Shown: in pieces, positions 26,720 through 39,605 of the stretch | Layout: every line of letters starts with the position of its first letter | Numbering within the stretch: position 1 is the stretch's first letter | From: an uncultured Bacillota bacterium | Lineage (GTDB): Bacteria > Bacillota_I > Bacilli_A > RF39 > UBA660 | Direction of reading: 5' to 3' | Assembly: GCA_900313725.1 (NCBI GenBank) | Contig: OMSK01000024.1 | Span: 1-41,527 of the forward strand | Length of the DNA: 41,527 nucleotides | The notes under the pieces: model-generated | The model's input: the letters and a program-made list of their open reading frames with translations, nothing else | Databases searched by the model: none | Told to the model about the DNA's origin: nothing | Position numbers and translations under genes: made by a program

Positions 26720-26748
26720 TAATATATGAAGGAAGTTATAATAGGTGT
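26720..26748 (-). promoter_or_regulatory. sigma-K-like (late mother-cell) promoter candidate
   Basis: The minus strand reads ACAC-N16-CATATATTA, matching the B. subtilis SigK consensus AC-N16/17-CATAnnnTA, about 10 nt upstream of the SD. Confidence 0.35.
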
Positions 26749-26767
26749 AAATAAAAAACCTAATAAA

Positions 26768-27433
26768 TTATTTTGCTTTAAATTTATTTAATATATTTAA
26801 ATTTGGAAATGCCCTTAATAATCTTCTGAATGTTCTAGATTCAGTAAATAAAGCTGACTTAACTTTTTTAGCAATTTCTTCGGTGTAATCCATTTTTAAC
26901 TCATATTTAATAATTGCTAATCTTTCTAATTTAAAAATAGTTATATATGATAATAAAGTATCAGCTATAAAAATTATTAAAAACATTGATGATGTAAAAA
27001 ATCTTATATTATCTGGAATATTATTAATAAAATTGGTAATTGCAGGATCTAAAAATTGAACTAAAAATATACATAAAATTCCAAATAATAAACTATTATA
27101 TAGACATACCCTTCCATCTATATTTAAAAGATGATTGCTATAATCCCACCATCTAACTTTAAATAATTTTTCTAATATTAAACTAGTAATATATTCAAGA
27201 AGAGATGCAATAAATAATCCCACAATAAATAAAATAAATATATCTTTTTTATAATTATTAAGTAAAGCTGTCATTAAAATGGCTGATAATCCATATATAG
27301 GACAATATGGACCAATTAAAAAACCTCTATTCGCAACTTTTTGTTGTTTTATGCTTACATAAATTGTTTCAATTATCCATCCTATAAATGAGTAAATAAA
27401 AAATCTAAAAAATAAAATTAAAAAAGTATTCAT
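26768..27433 (-). CDS. polytopic membrane protein of the 'putative ABC-transporter type IV' (CmpB-like, PF06541-like) family
   Basis: FIYSFIGWIIETIY...NRGFLIGPYCPIYG N-terminal signature as recalled for that family; 221 aa, about 5-6 TM. Confidence 0.7.
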   Translation of the reverse strand: MNTFLILFFRFFIYSFIGWIIETIYVSIKQQKVANRGFLIGPYCPIYGLSAILMTALLNNYKKDIFILFIVGLFIASLLEYITSLILEKLFKVRWWDYSNHLLNIDGRVCLYNSLLFGILCIFLVQFLDPAITNFINNIPDNIRFFTSSMFLIIFIADTLLSYITIFKLERLAIIKYELKMDYTEEIAKKVKSALFTESRTFRRLLRAFPNLNILNKFKAK

Positions 27434-27515
27434 AAATCACGACCATTCTAAAATAATTTTATCATAATAATATAAAAAAAACAAAAAAACTGATATAATA
27501 TATATAGGTGATTAT

Positions 27516-30719
<3,204 letters not shown>

Positions 30720-30785
30720 ATAAATAACTAAAAAAACATTGTTTTTTTCTTTAAAATATATTAAAATTAGAATAGGGTGAAGAAT

Positions 30786-33116
30786 ATGAACGAAGTGAAT
30801 TTTGATGAAATATTAAAAGCAATTGATTCAGATTATGCGGGTAAAAGTGAAGAAGAGGTAATCGACTTAATTATTGATACGAATAGTTTCAATAAAATAG
30901 AAAAAATTCTTGCTTTGGCAGAAAATGCTGAAGATGATTTACTTGATTTAGATGATGAAGAAGTAAGAGTAGAAAAAGATTATAATAATAGAATAGATGA
31001 ATTACAATCTAAAATTGATGAAGCTAATCGTGAAAGAATTGCCCAAGCTATAAATTATAAATCATATGGAAGAATCCTTGATAATGAATTATATCCTTTT
31101 GTGAGCGATCATATGAGTTTTAGAATTTCTAAAATAGATGATAGAATTGAAGAAATAAATCATAAAGAGGAAATCCTTGAAGGCAATCTATCATCTAGAA
31201 AGAAAGCTGAAAGAAAACAATTGCAAGAAGAAAAAGATGAACTATTAAAAAAATCAACTGACTTTAAAGATTCACAAATAGAAGCAAAATATCTTGCTTT
31301 AGAAAAAGAAAAAGAAGTAGAAAATGCTAAAAACGAAAGAGATTCACTAATTACTGAATTAGCAGATAAAAAAGTTGAAGTTAATAATAATAAAAAAGAT
31401 GTTCAAAATATATTAAAAGCTTATAGTGATTTAATTAAAGAAATAGGTAGAAGAATAATCGCAAGAAAAGCTGAAGCAGATAAAAAATATGACGAAGTTG
31501 TTGAAGAATATCAAAGAAGAATGGAAAATGCTTTACAAACTAAAGATCATAAAGATTATGAATTAGCTTCTGAATATAGTGCTATATATGTAGAAGCAAA
31601 TAAAACTAAAGAAGAATATGCTGAAAAAGCTTATAAGATTTTTACAATTTTAGGTGTTAATCCTGAATCTTTAGGTATAAATATTAAAAATGAAGAAAAT
31701 AATGTTAAAGAAGAACAAATTTCTGAACCTGTAAAAGAAGATGTTCCAGTAGTTAATAATACTATAGTAGAAGAAAAAACAGATGAAGAAAATCAAGAAG
31801 ATATTGATAACGAAATTTTCTTAGATGGGGAAAATATAAATAATTATGTTGAAGACAATAATCTTGTTGGTAAAAACTTATTTAATGAAGAAGAAAATCT
31901 AATAAATATTCAAAGTGATGAACCAAGTTTAGAAGAAAAAGTAGAAATTAATAATAAAAAAGTAGAAGAATTAAATAAACTTATTGAAGTATCAAATAAT
32001 GAAGAAGAAAAAATGTATTATAGAAAAATAATACTATCTATTAATATGACTAACTATAAGATAATAAATAATAAAATAACTGCTAAAAATCCTATAATTA
32101 GAACTTCAAGAGGCGAATATATTTCAGCTGATTTATTAGATGAATATAATAGTGTTATTGATGAACTTAATGTTTTTGAAAATGAAAAGTCATTACAAAA
32201 TAATGAAATAAGTGATTCTAATAATGTTGAATCAAATTTATCAGATGATGATCAATCTATTAAAGAACCACAACTATCAGATTTTTCTGATGTAACAGAT
32301 AATAATCAATTAAATGATAATGAGGAACCACAAGATAATTATATTGACACTGTTGAAGATGAAACATCAGATTCTAAAAAAATAGATGAAGATATACAAC
32401 AAAATGATGAATATGATATTTATGGTTTTAATCTACATGGTATTAATCTTCCAAAAGTAGAAGAATCAACTAATGAAATAGTTAATGAAGTTAACCCATT
32501 TGTTTTATCTGAAAATTTAAATGATGTTATGCCAGAAGTTGATGAAGTATTTGATCAAAATAATGATGAAGAAATAGATGATGATGGTTTAGAGTTTTTA
32601 CCACCTATTCAAACAGCAAAATTAGATGATGATTTTATAGATGATATGGATGATAATATAACAGCTCCATCAGACATAAAAGATGATGACGATGATTATA
32701 TTGAAGATGAAGAAATAGAAGAAAATAATATAACAAATATTTCGGAAGATAATAAAATACTTGATGGAAATTTCTTAGTTCCTGAAGAATCACAACAAGT
32801 TGCTATTGAAGAACCTAATAAAGAAGAAGAAACACAAGTTGTTCCTGTAAATGAAACACAACCTAGTAAAGATGATTCAATTTCTGATAAAACAGACGAT
32901 GATTCTGAAATAAGTGCTGATGTTTTTTTAGAAGATAACAGTCAATCAAAAGTAAAAACTAAAACAAAAGGGAAAGGTTTATTAGCAAGAATCCGCGAAA
33001 AAAAGGAAGAAGGAGTATCTAATCCTGTAACTCGTGCAGTAATTGAAGGTATGTTTGATGAGGAAGCACAGGGAGTATACAATAATATGCTTGATGAGAG
33101 AGCAAAAAGAAAATAA
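30786..33116 (+). CDS. hypothetical hyper-acidic coiled-coil/low-complexity protein (776 aa)
   Basis: AGGGTGA SD at 30774-30780, then ATG 30786. There is no signal peptide or TM. The N-terminal roughly 270 aa has heptad-like K/E-rich sequence, followed by long D/E/N-rich tracts and a short basic tail (KVKTKTKGKGLLARIREKK). Confidence 0.7.
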   Translation: MNEVNFDEILKAIDSDYAGKSEEEVIDLIIDTNSFNKIEKILALAENAEDDLLDLDDEEVRVEKDYNNRIDELQSKIDEANRERIAQAINYKSYGRILDNELYPFVSDHMSFRISKIDDRIEEINHKEEILEGNLSSRKKAERKQLQEEKDELLKKSTDFKDSQIEAKYLALEKEKEVENAKNERDSLITELADKKVEVNNNKKDVQNILKAYSDLIKEIGRRIIARKAEADKKYDEVVEEYQRRMENALQTKDHKDYELASEYSAIYVEANKTKEEYAEKAYKIFTILGVNPESLGINIKNEENNVKEEQISEPVKEDVPVVNNTIVEEKTDEENQEDIDNEIFLDGENINNYVEDNNLVGKNLFNEEENLINIQSDEPSLEEKVEINNKKVEELNKLIEVSNNEEEKMYYRKIILSINMTNYKIINNKITAKNPIIRTSRGEYISADLLDEYNSVIDELNVFENEKSLQNNEISDSNNVESNLSDDDQSIKEPQLSDFSDVTDNNQLNDNEEPQDNYIDTVEDETSDSKKIDEDIQQNDEYDIYGFNLHGINLPKVEESTNEIVNEVNPFVLSENLNDVMPEVDEVFDQNNDEEIDDDGLEFLPPIQTAKLDDDFIDDMDDNITAPSDIKDDDDDYIEDEEIEENNITNISEDNKILDGNFLVPEESQQVAIEEPNKEEETQVVPVNETQPSKDDSISDKTDDDSEISADVFLEDNSQSKVKTKTKGKGLLARIREKKEEGVSNPVTRAVIEGMFDEEAQGVYNNMLDERAKRK

Positions 33117-33136
33117 AAAGGGTAAAAGTAAATAAT

Positions 33137-33163
33137 AAGAGAAGTTGAATAACTTCTCTTTAT
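33137..33163 (+). terminator. terminator-like hairpin
   Basis: 10-bp stem AAGAGAAGTT/AACTTCTCTT with loop GAAT; the T-tract is weak. Confidence 0.55.
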
Positions 33164-33185
33164 ATACAAGTAAGGAGTGATTTAA

Positions 33186-35405
33186 ATGAAAGAATGGAAT
33201 GGATTTAAAGAGGGAAATTGGAATAATAGTGTAGATGTTAAAAATTTTATAGATACAAACTATACATATTATGATGGAGATGAATCATTTTTAAATGGTC
33301 CAACAGAAAAAACAAAAAAAGTATGGAATAAATGCTTAGATTTATTAAAAGAAGAATTAAAAAAAGGTGTTCTTGATATTGATGTAGATCATGTTTCAGG
33401 AATTAATAATTTTGAAGCAGGATACATTGATAAAGACAATGAAGTAATTGTCGGTCTTCAAACAGATGAACCTTTAAAAAGAATGGTTAATCCATTTGGT
33501 GGAATAAGAATGGTTTATAATTCATTAAGTGCATATGATTATAAATTAAATCCTGAAATTGATAAATATTTTAGTATGTTTAGAAAAACTCATAATGAAG
33601 GAGTATTTGATGTATATACACCTGAAATGAGAACTGCTAGAACAGTTGGATTACTTACTGGTTTACCAGATGCATATGGTAGAGGAAGAATTATTGGTGA
33701 CTATCGTAGAATTGCATTATATGGTATTGATTACTTAATAGAAAAAAAGGAAGAAGATAAAGCAAATATTACAGAAATTAATCCAGAAACAATTCAATTA
33801 AGAGAAGAAATAAGCATGCAAATAAAAGCACTTGAAGATATGAAAGCGATGGCTTTAAAATACGGATGTGATATTTCTAAACCAGCTAGTAATGCTAAAG
33901 AAGCTGTACAATGGACATATTTTGGTTATTTAGCTGGTGTTAAAGAAAATAATGGTGCCGCTATGTCATTAGGTAGAGTAGATGCATTCTTAGATATCTA
34001 TATTAAAAGGGATATTGAAGCGGGAATTTTAACAGAAGAAACAGCCCAAGAATTAATAGATCAATTTGTTATAAAATTAAGATTGGTAAGGCATTTAAGA
34101 ACTCCAGAATATGATGAATTATTCTCAGGAGATCCTACATGGGTTACTTGTTCTGTAGGTGGTATTAATGACAATGGTACACCACTTGTTACAAAAACAT
34201 CATATAGAATTGTAAATACTTTAACAAACCTTGATACATCTCCAGAACCAAATATGACTATTTTATGGAGTAAAAACTTACCAGAATCATTTAAAAAATA
34301 TTGCGCTAAAATGAGTATTCAAAGTGATGCTATTCAATATGAAAGTGATGAATTAATGAGACCTATTCATGGCTCAGATTATGCAATTGCTTGTTGTGTA
34401 TCTGCTATGACTGTTGGAAAACAAATGCAATACTTTGGTGCTAGATGTAATTTAGCAAAATCACTTCTATATTCTATAAATGGCGGAGTAGATGAATTTA
34501 AAAGATTAAAAGTTGTTGATATTCCAAAAATGGATGATGAAATACTTGACTATGAAAAAGTAAAAAAATCATATTTTAAAGTACTAGAATATGTTGCTAA
34601 ATTATATTCTGATACAATGAATATAATTCATTACATGCATGATAAATATGCATATGAAGCTGGTCAAATGGCTTTACATGATACTAATGTACAAAGATTG
34701 ATGGCATATGGTGTAGCAGGTTTATCTGTTGCAACAGATTCATTATCAGCAATAAAATATGCAAAAGTAAAACCAATTAGAGATAATGATGGAATTACTA
34801 CAGATTTTGAAATAGAAGGTGAATTTCCTAAATATGGAAATGATGATGATAGAGTAGATTCTATAGCTAAAGAAATACTAGAAAAATTCTATAGCGAATT
34901 AGCAAAACATAAACCAATTAGAAATGCATTCCCAACATTGTCAGTATTAACAATAACTTCTAATGTTGTATATGGTGAAAAAACCGGAGCTACTCCTGAT
35001 GGTAGAAAAGCTCATATTCCATTTGCACCTGGTGCAAATCCAATGCATGGTAGAGATGAAAATGGAGCAATAGCATCATTAAATTCAGTCGCAAAGCTTG
35101 AATATAAAACATGCTGTAGAGATGGTATTTCTAATACATTCTCAATAGTACCAGATGCATTAGGAAAAGATTTAGATTCACAAAAAGAAAATTTAGTAAC
35201 ACTTTTAGATGGATATTTTACTAAGGGAGCTCATCATTTAAATGTTAATGTATTAACTAGAGATTTATTAATTGATGCAATGAATAATCCTGAAAAATAC
35301 CCACTACTTACTATTAGAGTATCTGGATATGCAGTTAGATTTAATAGATTAACAAAAAAACAACAAGAAGAAGTTATTAGTAGAACATTCCATGAAAAAA
35401 TGTAG
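33186..35405 (+). CDS. pflB: formate C-acetyltransferase (pyruvate formate-lyase)
   Basis: 739 aa with an active-site CC pair (AIACCVSAM) and the glycyl-radical motif [11 protein letters not shown] near the C-terminus. Confidence 0.97.
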   Translation: MKEWNGFKEGNWNNSVDVKNFIDTNYTYYDGDESFLNGPTEKTKKVWNKCLDLLKEELKKGVLDIDVDHVSGINNFEAGYIDKDNEVIVGLQTDEPLKRMVNPFGGIRMVYNSLSAYDYKLNPEIDKYFSMFRKTHNEGVFDVYTPEMRTARTVGLLTGLPDAYGRGRIIGDYRRIALYGIDYLIEKKEEDKANITEINPETIQLREEISMQIKALEDMKAMALKYGCDISKPASNAKEAVQWTYFGYLAGVKENNGAAMSLGRVDAFLDIYIKRDIEAGILTEETAQELIDQFVIKLRLVRHLRTPEYDELFSGDPTWVTCSVGGINDNGTPLVTKTSYRIVNTLTNLDTSPEPNMTILWSKNLPESFKKYCAKMSIQSDAIQYESDELMRPIHGSDYAIACCVSAMTVGKQMQYFGARCNLAKSLLYSINGGVDEFKRLKVVDIPKMDDEILDYEKVKKSYFKVLEYVAKLYSDTMNIIHYMHDKYAYEAGQMALHDTNVQRLMAYGVAGLSVATDSLSAIKYAKVKPIRDNDGITTDFEIEGEFPKYGNDDDRVDSIAKEILEKFYSELAKHKPIRNAFPTLSVLTITSNVVYGEKTGATPDGRKAHIPFAPGANPMHGRDENGAIASLNSVAKLEYKTCCRDGISNTFSIVPDALGKDLDSQKENLVTLLDGYFTKGAHHLNVNVLTRDLLIDAMNNPEKYPLLTIRVSGYAVRFNRLTKKQQEEVISRTFHEKM

Positions 35406-36102
35406 TGCTAGTATAGATTCAATAGAATCATTTTCGACAAAAGATGGTCCAGGTATTAGAACAGTAATATTCTTTAATGGATGTAAATTAAGATGTTTGT
35501 TTTGTCATAATCCAGAAACATGGACTATGAAAGAAAAAAACACAACAGTTGAAGAAATATATAATAAAATTATTAATTATAAAGATTATTATGGAACAGA
35601 GGGTGGAGTAACTTTTTCTGGTGGAGAACCATTACTTCACTCCGATTTCATAATTGAATTAGCTAAATTACTTAAAAAAGATAATATTAATATTGCTTTA
35701 GACACTGCTGGTGTTGGTAATGGCAATTATGAAGAAATATTAAAATATGTTGATTTAGTAATTTTGGATATAAAAGATTATAGGTATGATGGTTATTTAA
35801 AAATGACAGGTCATTCTATGGATGATTTTAACAAATTTTTAGAATCACTTAATAATTCTAATAAAAAAACGTGGATTAGACAGGTGATTGTTCCAGGTAT
35901 TAATGATAGTGTTGAATATATTATGGGTTTAAAAAAATATATTAAAAACATTAAAAATATTGACAATATTGAATTATTGCCGTATCATACAATGGCAGTG
36001 GAAAAATATGAAAAATTAAATATTCCTTATAAATTAGAAGGAGTACCTTCTATGGATAAAAATAAATGCATGGAATTGGAAAATTTGTTAAAGGAGGAAT
36101 GA
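35392..36102 (+). CDS. pflA: pyruvate formate-lyase activating enzyme (radical SAM)
   Basis: DGPGIR motif and [10 protein letters not shown] (CxxxCxxC) cluster; overlaps pflB by 14 nt. Confidence 0.95.
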   Translation: MKKCSASIDSIESFSTKDGPGIRTVIFFNGCKLRCLFCHNPETWTMKEKNTTVEEIYNKIINYKDYYGTEGGVTFSGGEPLLHSDFIIELAKLLKKDNINIALDTAGVGNGNYEEILKYVDLVILDIKDYRYDGYLKMTGHSMDDFNKFLESLNNSNKKTWIRQVIVPGINDSVEYIMGLKKYIKNIKNIDNIELLPYHTMAVEKYEKLNIPYKLEGVPSMDKNKCMELENLLKEE

Positions 36103-36104
36103 TT

Positions 36105-36722
36105 ATGTCTGGTATAATGAGCCAAAAAGATATAATTATGCAAACGTATATTAATGAATTAAGAAATTGCAAAAAACACTTTTTTGAAGAAGCAAATAAA
36201 TTAAATGATAAATTTGCTGATAGAATTAGTAGTCCAATTGAAGAGGATTTATATCAATTAAAAGGTGTTAAATTACCTGATGAAAAATTTAAGGTAAAAA
36301 TTAGATCAGTAATAGAAATTGTGATTGCTCAATATGCCTCAACAGTTAAAGGAAATGTTGTCATTCAAAAAGAACAATTAGAATATTTATCTCAAGAAAT
36401 GGATATTTGTGAAATCGAACCAATTAAAATTGAAAATTTAGAAATAGAACAGCAATTACCAAAAATAATAAAACACATTATTAAAGAAGCAATGAATTAC
36501 TTTAATGAAAAAAACAAAGACAATACTATGTATTGGCAAAGAGAAGATGAAGTAAGGAAGATTGTAAAAAAAATAGTAACTGCTAAAAGAGTAGGTAAGA
36601 CTATTATTGATTTAGAAAAATTATATGAAGAAGTTGTACAAGAAATGGTACAATTACAATATAATTTTAAAAATGAATATACAGAAATTGAAAATAAAGA
36701 TTATTCAAAAAAAATAAGATAA
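36105..36722 (+). CDS. hypothetical protein (205 aa) translationally coupled to pflA
   Basis: The AGGAGG SD (36092-36097) lies inside the pflA 3' end. ATG 36105 is 2 nt after the pflA TGA. The track start at 36066 would overlap pflA without an SD. Confidence 0.6.
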   Translation: MSGIMSQKDIIMQTYINELRNCKKHFFEEANKLNDKFADRISSPIEEDLYQLKGVKLPDEKFKVKIRSVIEIVIAQYASTVKGNVVIQKEQLEYLSQEMDICEIEPIKIENLEIEQQLPKIIKHIIKEAMNYFNEKNKDNTMYWQREDEVRKIVKKIVTAKRVGKTIIDLEKLYEEVVQEMVQLQYNFKNEYTEIENKDYSKKIR

Positions 36723-36738
36723 TATTCTTATTTTTTTT
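36706..36738. terminator. bidirectional terminator between the convergent 36105..36722 and uppP
   Basis: Stem AATAAGA/TCTTATT flanked by A8 and T8. Confidence 0.7.
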
Positions 36739-37516
36739 ATAGTAATAATAAAACAAAAGTACCTATTATCATGCAATAATATACAAAGTATATTAATTTA
36801 CCTTTTAATATTATATTTTTAAACCAATTTATAGTTATATAAGTAAATATAAAAGATACTATCATACTTATTAAATAAAGAGAAATTTCATGTATAGTTA
36901 AATTACTACTTATTAGTTTAAATATACCAAGAATTGATGTTGCTAAACTAATAGGAATATATAGCATAAACGAAAAATCAAATGCAGTATTTCTATCTAG
37001 GTTTCTATTCATTCCACCGACTATAGTAGCACCACTTCTACTAATACCAGGTATTAATGCCATTACTTGAAATAAACCTATTATAACAGCATCTTTATAT
37101 GATAATTCATTTTTATTTCCTACTTTATTTTTAATTGTAAATAATAATAAAGCAGTTATTAATAGAGATATTCCAACAAATTTAATATTATTTTCTAAAT
37201 ATATAAATAATTCCATTTTAGTTACAATTAATCCAACAATTAAGGCAGGAATACTAGCTATAATTATTTTATATAAATATGTATATTCATATTTATTTTT
37301 TTTAGTAAAATAACTTTTTAATATACATATTATTCTATCTTTAAAAACAGTAAATATGGCTAAAAAACTTCCTAAATTAGTTATTATAGATAATATTTCG
37401 TAATCAATTTTATAATTAAATAATTTTTGAAATATTAGTAAATGTCCACTAGAAGATATAGGTATAGGTTCTGTAACACCCTGAATTATACCTAATAATA
37501 TAAATATAAATATCAT
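36737..37516 (-). CDS. uppP: undecaprenyl-diphosphate phosphatase (BacA/UppP)
   Basis: GVTEPIPISSSGHL N-terminal motif and PGISRSGATI motif; 259 aa, polytopic. Confidence 0.93.
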   Translation of the reverse strand: MIFIFILLGIIQGVTEPIPISSSGHLLIFQKLFNYKIDYEILSIITNLGSFLAIFTVFKDRIICILKSYFTKKNKYEYTYLYKIIIASIPALIVGLIVTKMELFIYLENNIKFVGISLLITALLLFTIKNKVGNKNELSYKDAVIIGLFQVMALIPGISRSGATIVGGMNRNLDRNTAFDFSFMLYIPISLATSILGIFKLISSNLTIHEISLYLISMIVSFIFTYITINWFKNIILKGKLIYFVYYCMIIGTFVLLLL

Positions 37517-37587
37517 ATTATCACCTAATAAATTATATTAAAATTAATAAAAATAATTTAAAAAAATATTATTAATTAGGTGGTATT

Positions 37588-37812
37588 ATGTATCAAAAAA
37601 TATTTTTATTTTTGCTTGGATTTGGATTAACAGTAATAGGTTTTGTTTATATTATTAGTTATTTAAATTTGCTTACATTAGGGTATAATTTTTTATATTA
37701 TGTAAATTTTATAATTAGAAGAATAGAGTGTTTATATTCTATAATTGGTTTAATAATAATATATATTTCAATCAATATTAATGAAGGAGATGCTTATGAA
37801 TTACATTTATGA
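37588..37812 (+). CDS. small hypothetical membrane protein (74 aa)
   Basis: AGGTGGT SD, then ATG 37588; 2-3 hydrophobic helices; the 3' end overlaps the next gene by 17 nt. Confidence 0.5.
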   Translation: MYQKIFLFLLGFGLTVIGFVYIISYLNLLTLGYNFLYYVNFIIRRIECLYSIIGLIIIYISININEGDAYELHL

Positions 37813-38419
37813 TATTTTATTAAATTATAAAGAAGAGTATTATGATTTTTATGATTGGAATAAAAATGATAATATGGAACATATAAGAAAAATACCAATT
37901 TTTAGAGTTAGTACAGACGATTTGTTTAATATTGTAAATAATAAAGTTAAAATTGATCCATTATTTTTAGAAAAAATATATAATAAAACTGAATTATTTA
38001 TAAAAAATGGTGTTAAAAAAATTAAGTATGCTTGTTTATTAAGTGATGGAGATTTAATTATAGGAATTAATATAATAAATAAAAAAATAAAATTAAGTTC
38101 TCTACTAATTGATGAGGAACTTGATTCATTGGAAGATGTATATAAAATGGATATATTAGATATTAAATATATAATACAAGGAAAAAATAATTATAATTGG
38201 TTTAAAACAAGAAATCAAAATGAAAAAAATAAATTTTTAATTAAAGAAATAAATAAAATAATTGATGATAAGGAAAAATTAAAATATTTATACTATGATT
38301 GTTTTGATTATAAAGAAGAAGATGTTGATAAAATAGTTAAAGAATTAATGAATATTAAAGATGATAAAATAGTTAATAAAGTATATGATTTTTTAAAACT
38401 GTTAGAATTTAACAAATAA
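37796..38419 (+). CDS. hypothetical protein (207 aa)
   Basis: GAAGGAG SD at 37783-37789 with ATG 37796 (MNYIYDILLNYKEEYYDFYDW...). Soluble and K/N/D-rich; no family recognised. Confidence 0.6.
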   Translation: MNYIYDILLNYKEEYYDFYDWNKNDNMEHIRKIPIFRVSTDDLFNIVNNKVKIDPLFLEKIYNKTELFIKNGVKKIKYACLLSDGDLIIGINIINKKIKLSSLLIDEELDSLEDVYKMDILDIKYIIQGKNNYNWFKTRNQNEKNKFLIKEINKIIDDKEKLKYLYYDCFDYKEEDVDKIVKELMNIKDDKIVNKVYDFLKLLEFNK

Positions 38420-38466
38420 TGAATAAAATATTTATTTATGATAATAATAGAAATAGGAGGAATAAT

Positions 38467-39021
38467 ATGAAAAAAATTGGTATATTTATACTAGGATTAT
38501 TGTTTGTAACTGGTTGTTCTTGTGGGAATACCAAATTAACAATGGATACACCAACTAAAAAAGTAGAAAATTTTTTATCTAATTATCAAACATTAAATGT
38601 AGATGTTTTAAAACAATTAGATGATGCGGTTGATAAAGAAACAGATTTTACAGATGAACAAAAAAAGGAATACAAAGAATTAATGAAAAATCATTATAAA
38701 AATTTAAAATATGAAATTAAAGATGAAGTTGTTAATGGAGATAATGCGACTGTTACTGTAGAAATAGAAGTAACAGATTATTCTAAAATTATGACTGATG
38801 CAGATAGCTACTTAGAAAATAATCCTAGTGAGTTTAATAATGAAAATGGTACATATGATGTTTCTTTATTTACAAAGTATAGATTGGATAAATTAAAAGA
38901 AGCAAAAGAAAAGGTTAAATATACGCTAGATTTAACATTAACTAAAGTTAAAGATGAATGGGTTTTAGATACAATTAGTGATATGGATGAAGCTAAAATT
39001 CATGGAATGTATATATATTAA
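38467..39021 (+). CDS. lipoprotein (184 aa)
   Basis: AGGAGG SD with ATG 38467. Signal peptide with lipobox VTG-C (MKKIGIFILGLLFVTGCS). The track's extension to 38419 lacks an SD. Confidence 0.75.
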   Translation: MKKIGIFILGLLFVTGCSCGNTKLTMDTPTKKVENFLSNYQTLNVDVLKQLDDAVDKETDFTDEQKKEYKELMKNHYKNLKYEIKDEVVNGDNATVTVEIEVTDYSKIMTDADSYLENNPSEFNNENGTYDVSLFTKYRLDKLKEAKEKVKYTLDLTLTKVKDEWVLDTISDMDEAKIHGMYIY

Positions 39022-39049
39022 AATGAAAATAATTTTTTCATTTTTTTTA
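39021..39049 (+). terminator. intrinsic terminator
   Basis: Stem AATGAAAA/TTTTCATT followed by T8. Confidence 0.7.
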
Positions 39050-39066
39050 TAATAATAATTTAAATG

Positions 39067-39095
39067 TTGATATTTGCTCAATTCTTTGATATACT
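39067..39095 (+). promoter_or_regulatory. sigma-A-type promoter of lipoprotein gene 39122
   Basis: -35 TTGATA (39067-39072), 17-nt spacer, -10 TATACT (39090-39095). Confidence 0.55.
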
Positions 39096-39121
39096 TACAT
39101 ATAGAATAGAGGAGGATTGTA

Positions 39122-39544
39122 ATGAAGAAAAAATTATTTATGACATTATCACTAGTACTTGTAGTAGGACTAGCTGTTGGATGTGGATGTAAGAAAAAAG
39201 ATAATAAAGATAAATCAAAAGAAAACCAACCTGTTATAAAAACAAATACTGAAAAGGAAGTAATAAAAGATAGAGAAGTTGATGGAATGAAATTAACTAA
39301 TAGTTCTGTTATTACAACTGATGGTGTAACGGAAATTACAACCACTGTTACTAATCCAAAAAGTGAGGATTATTATTTAGAAGAATTTAAAATGATTGTA
39401 AAAGATAAAAATGGTGATGTAATAATTACTTTACCAGGCTATGTTGGTGAAGTTATTAAAGCTGGGGAAACAAAAACAATTAGAAGTTCTGTTTCAATGG
39501 ATTTATCCACTGCTAAAAGTATAGAATATGAAGTAACAAAATAA
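39122..39544 (+). CDS. lipoprotein (140 aa), beta-rich
   Basis: GAGGAGG SD; signal peptide with lipobox AVG-C (LVVGLAVGCGC); the mature part is T/V/K-rich and beta-strand-like. Confidence 0.75.
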   Translation: MKKKLFMTLSLVLVVGLAVGCGCKKKDNKDKSKENQPVIKTNTEKEVIKDREVDGMKLTNSSVITTDGVTEITTTVTNPKSEDYYLEEFKMIVKDKNGDVIITLPGYVGEVIKAGETKTIRSSVSMDLSTAKSIEYEVTK

Positions 39545-39576
39545 AAAAAATGATGCTTAAATAGCATCTTTTTTTA
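39545..39576 (+). terminator. intrinsic terminator
   Basis: A-run, stem GATGCT/AGCATC with loop TAAAT, then T7. Confidence 0.8.
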
Positions 39577-39605
39577 TTGATAAATTATTGATATTATAGT
39601 AAAAT
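39577..39605 (+). promoter_or_regulatory. sigma-A-type promoter candidate for the giant prepilin gene
   Basis: -35 TTGATA (39577-39582), 17-nt spacer, -10 TAAAAT (39600-39605). This would leave a 5' UTR of about 90 nt. Confidence 0.5.

Noticed and set aside
32942-33169. 75-aa minus-strand ORF.
   Set aside because: It is antisense to the 3' end of the acidic protein gene and crosses its terminator.
38965-39345. 126-aa minus-strand ORF spanning two lipoprotein genes and their intergenic terminator and promoter.
   Set aside because: It crosses a strong terminator and a promoter on the other strand and has no SD. The sense-strand genes have lipoboxes and SDs.
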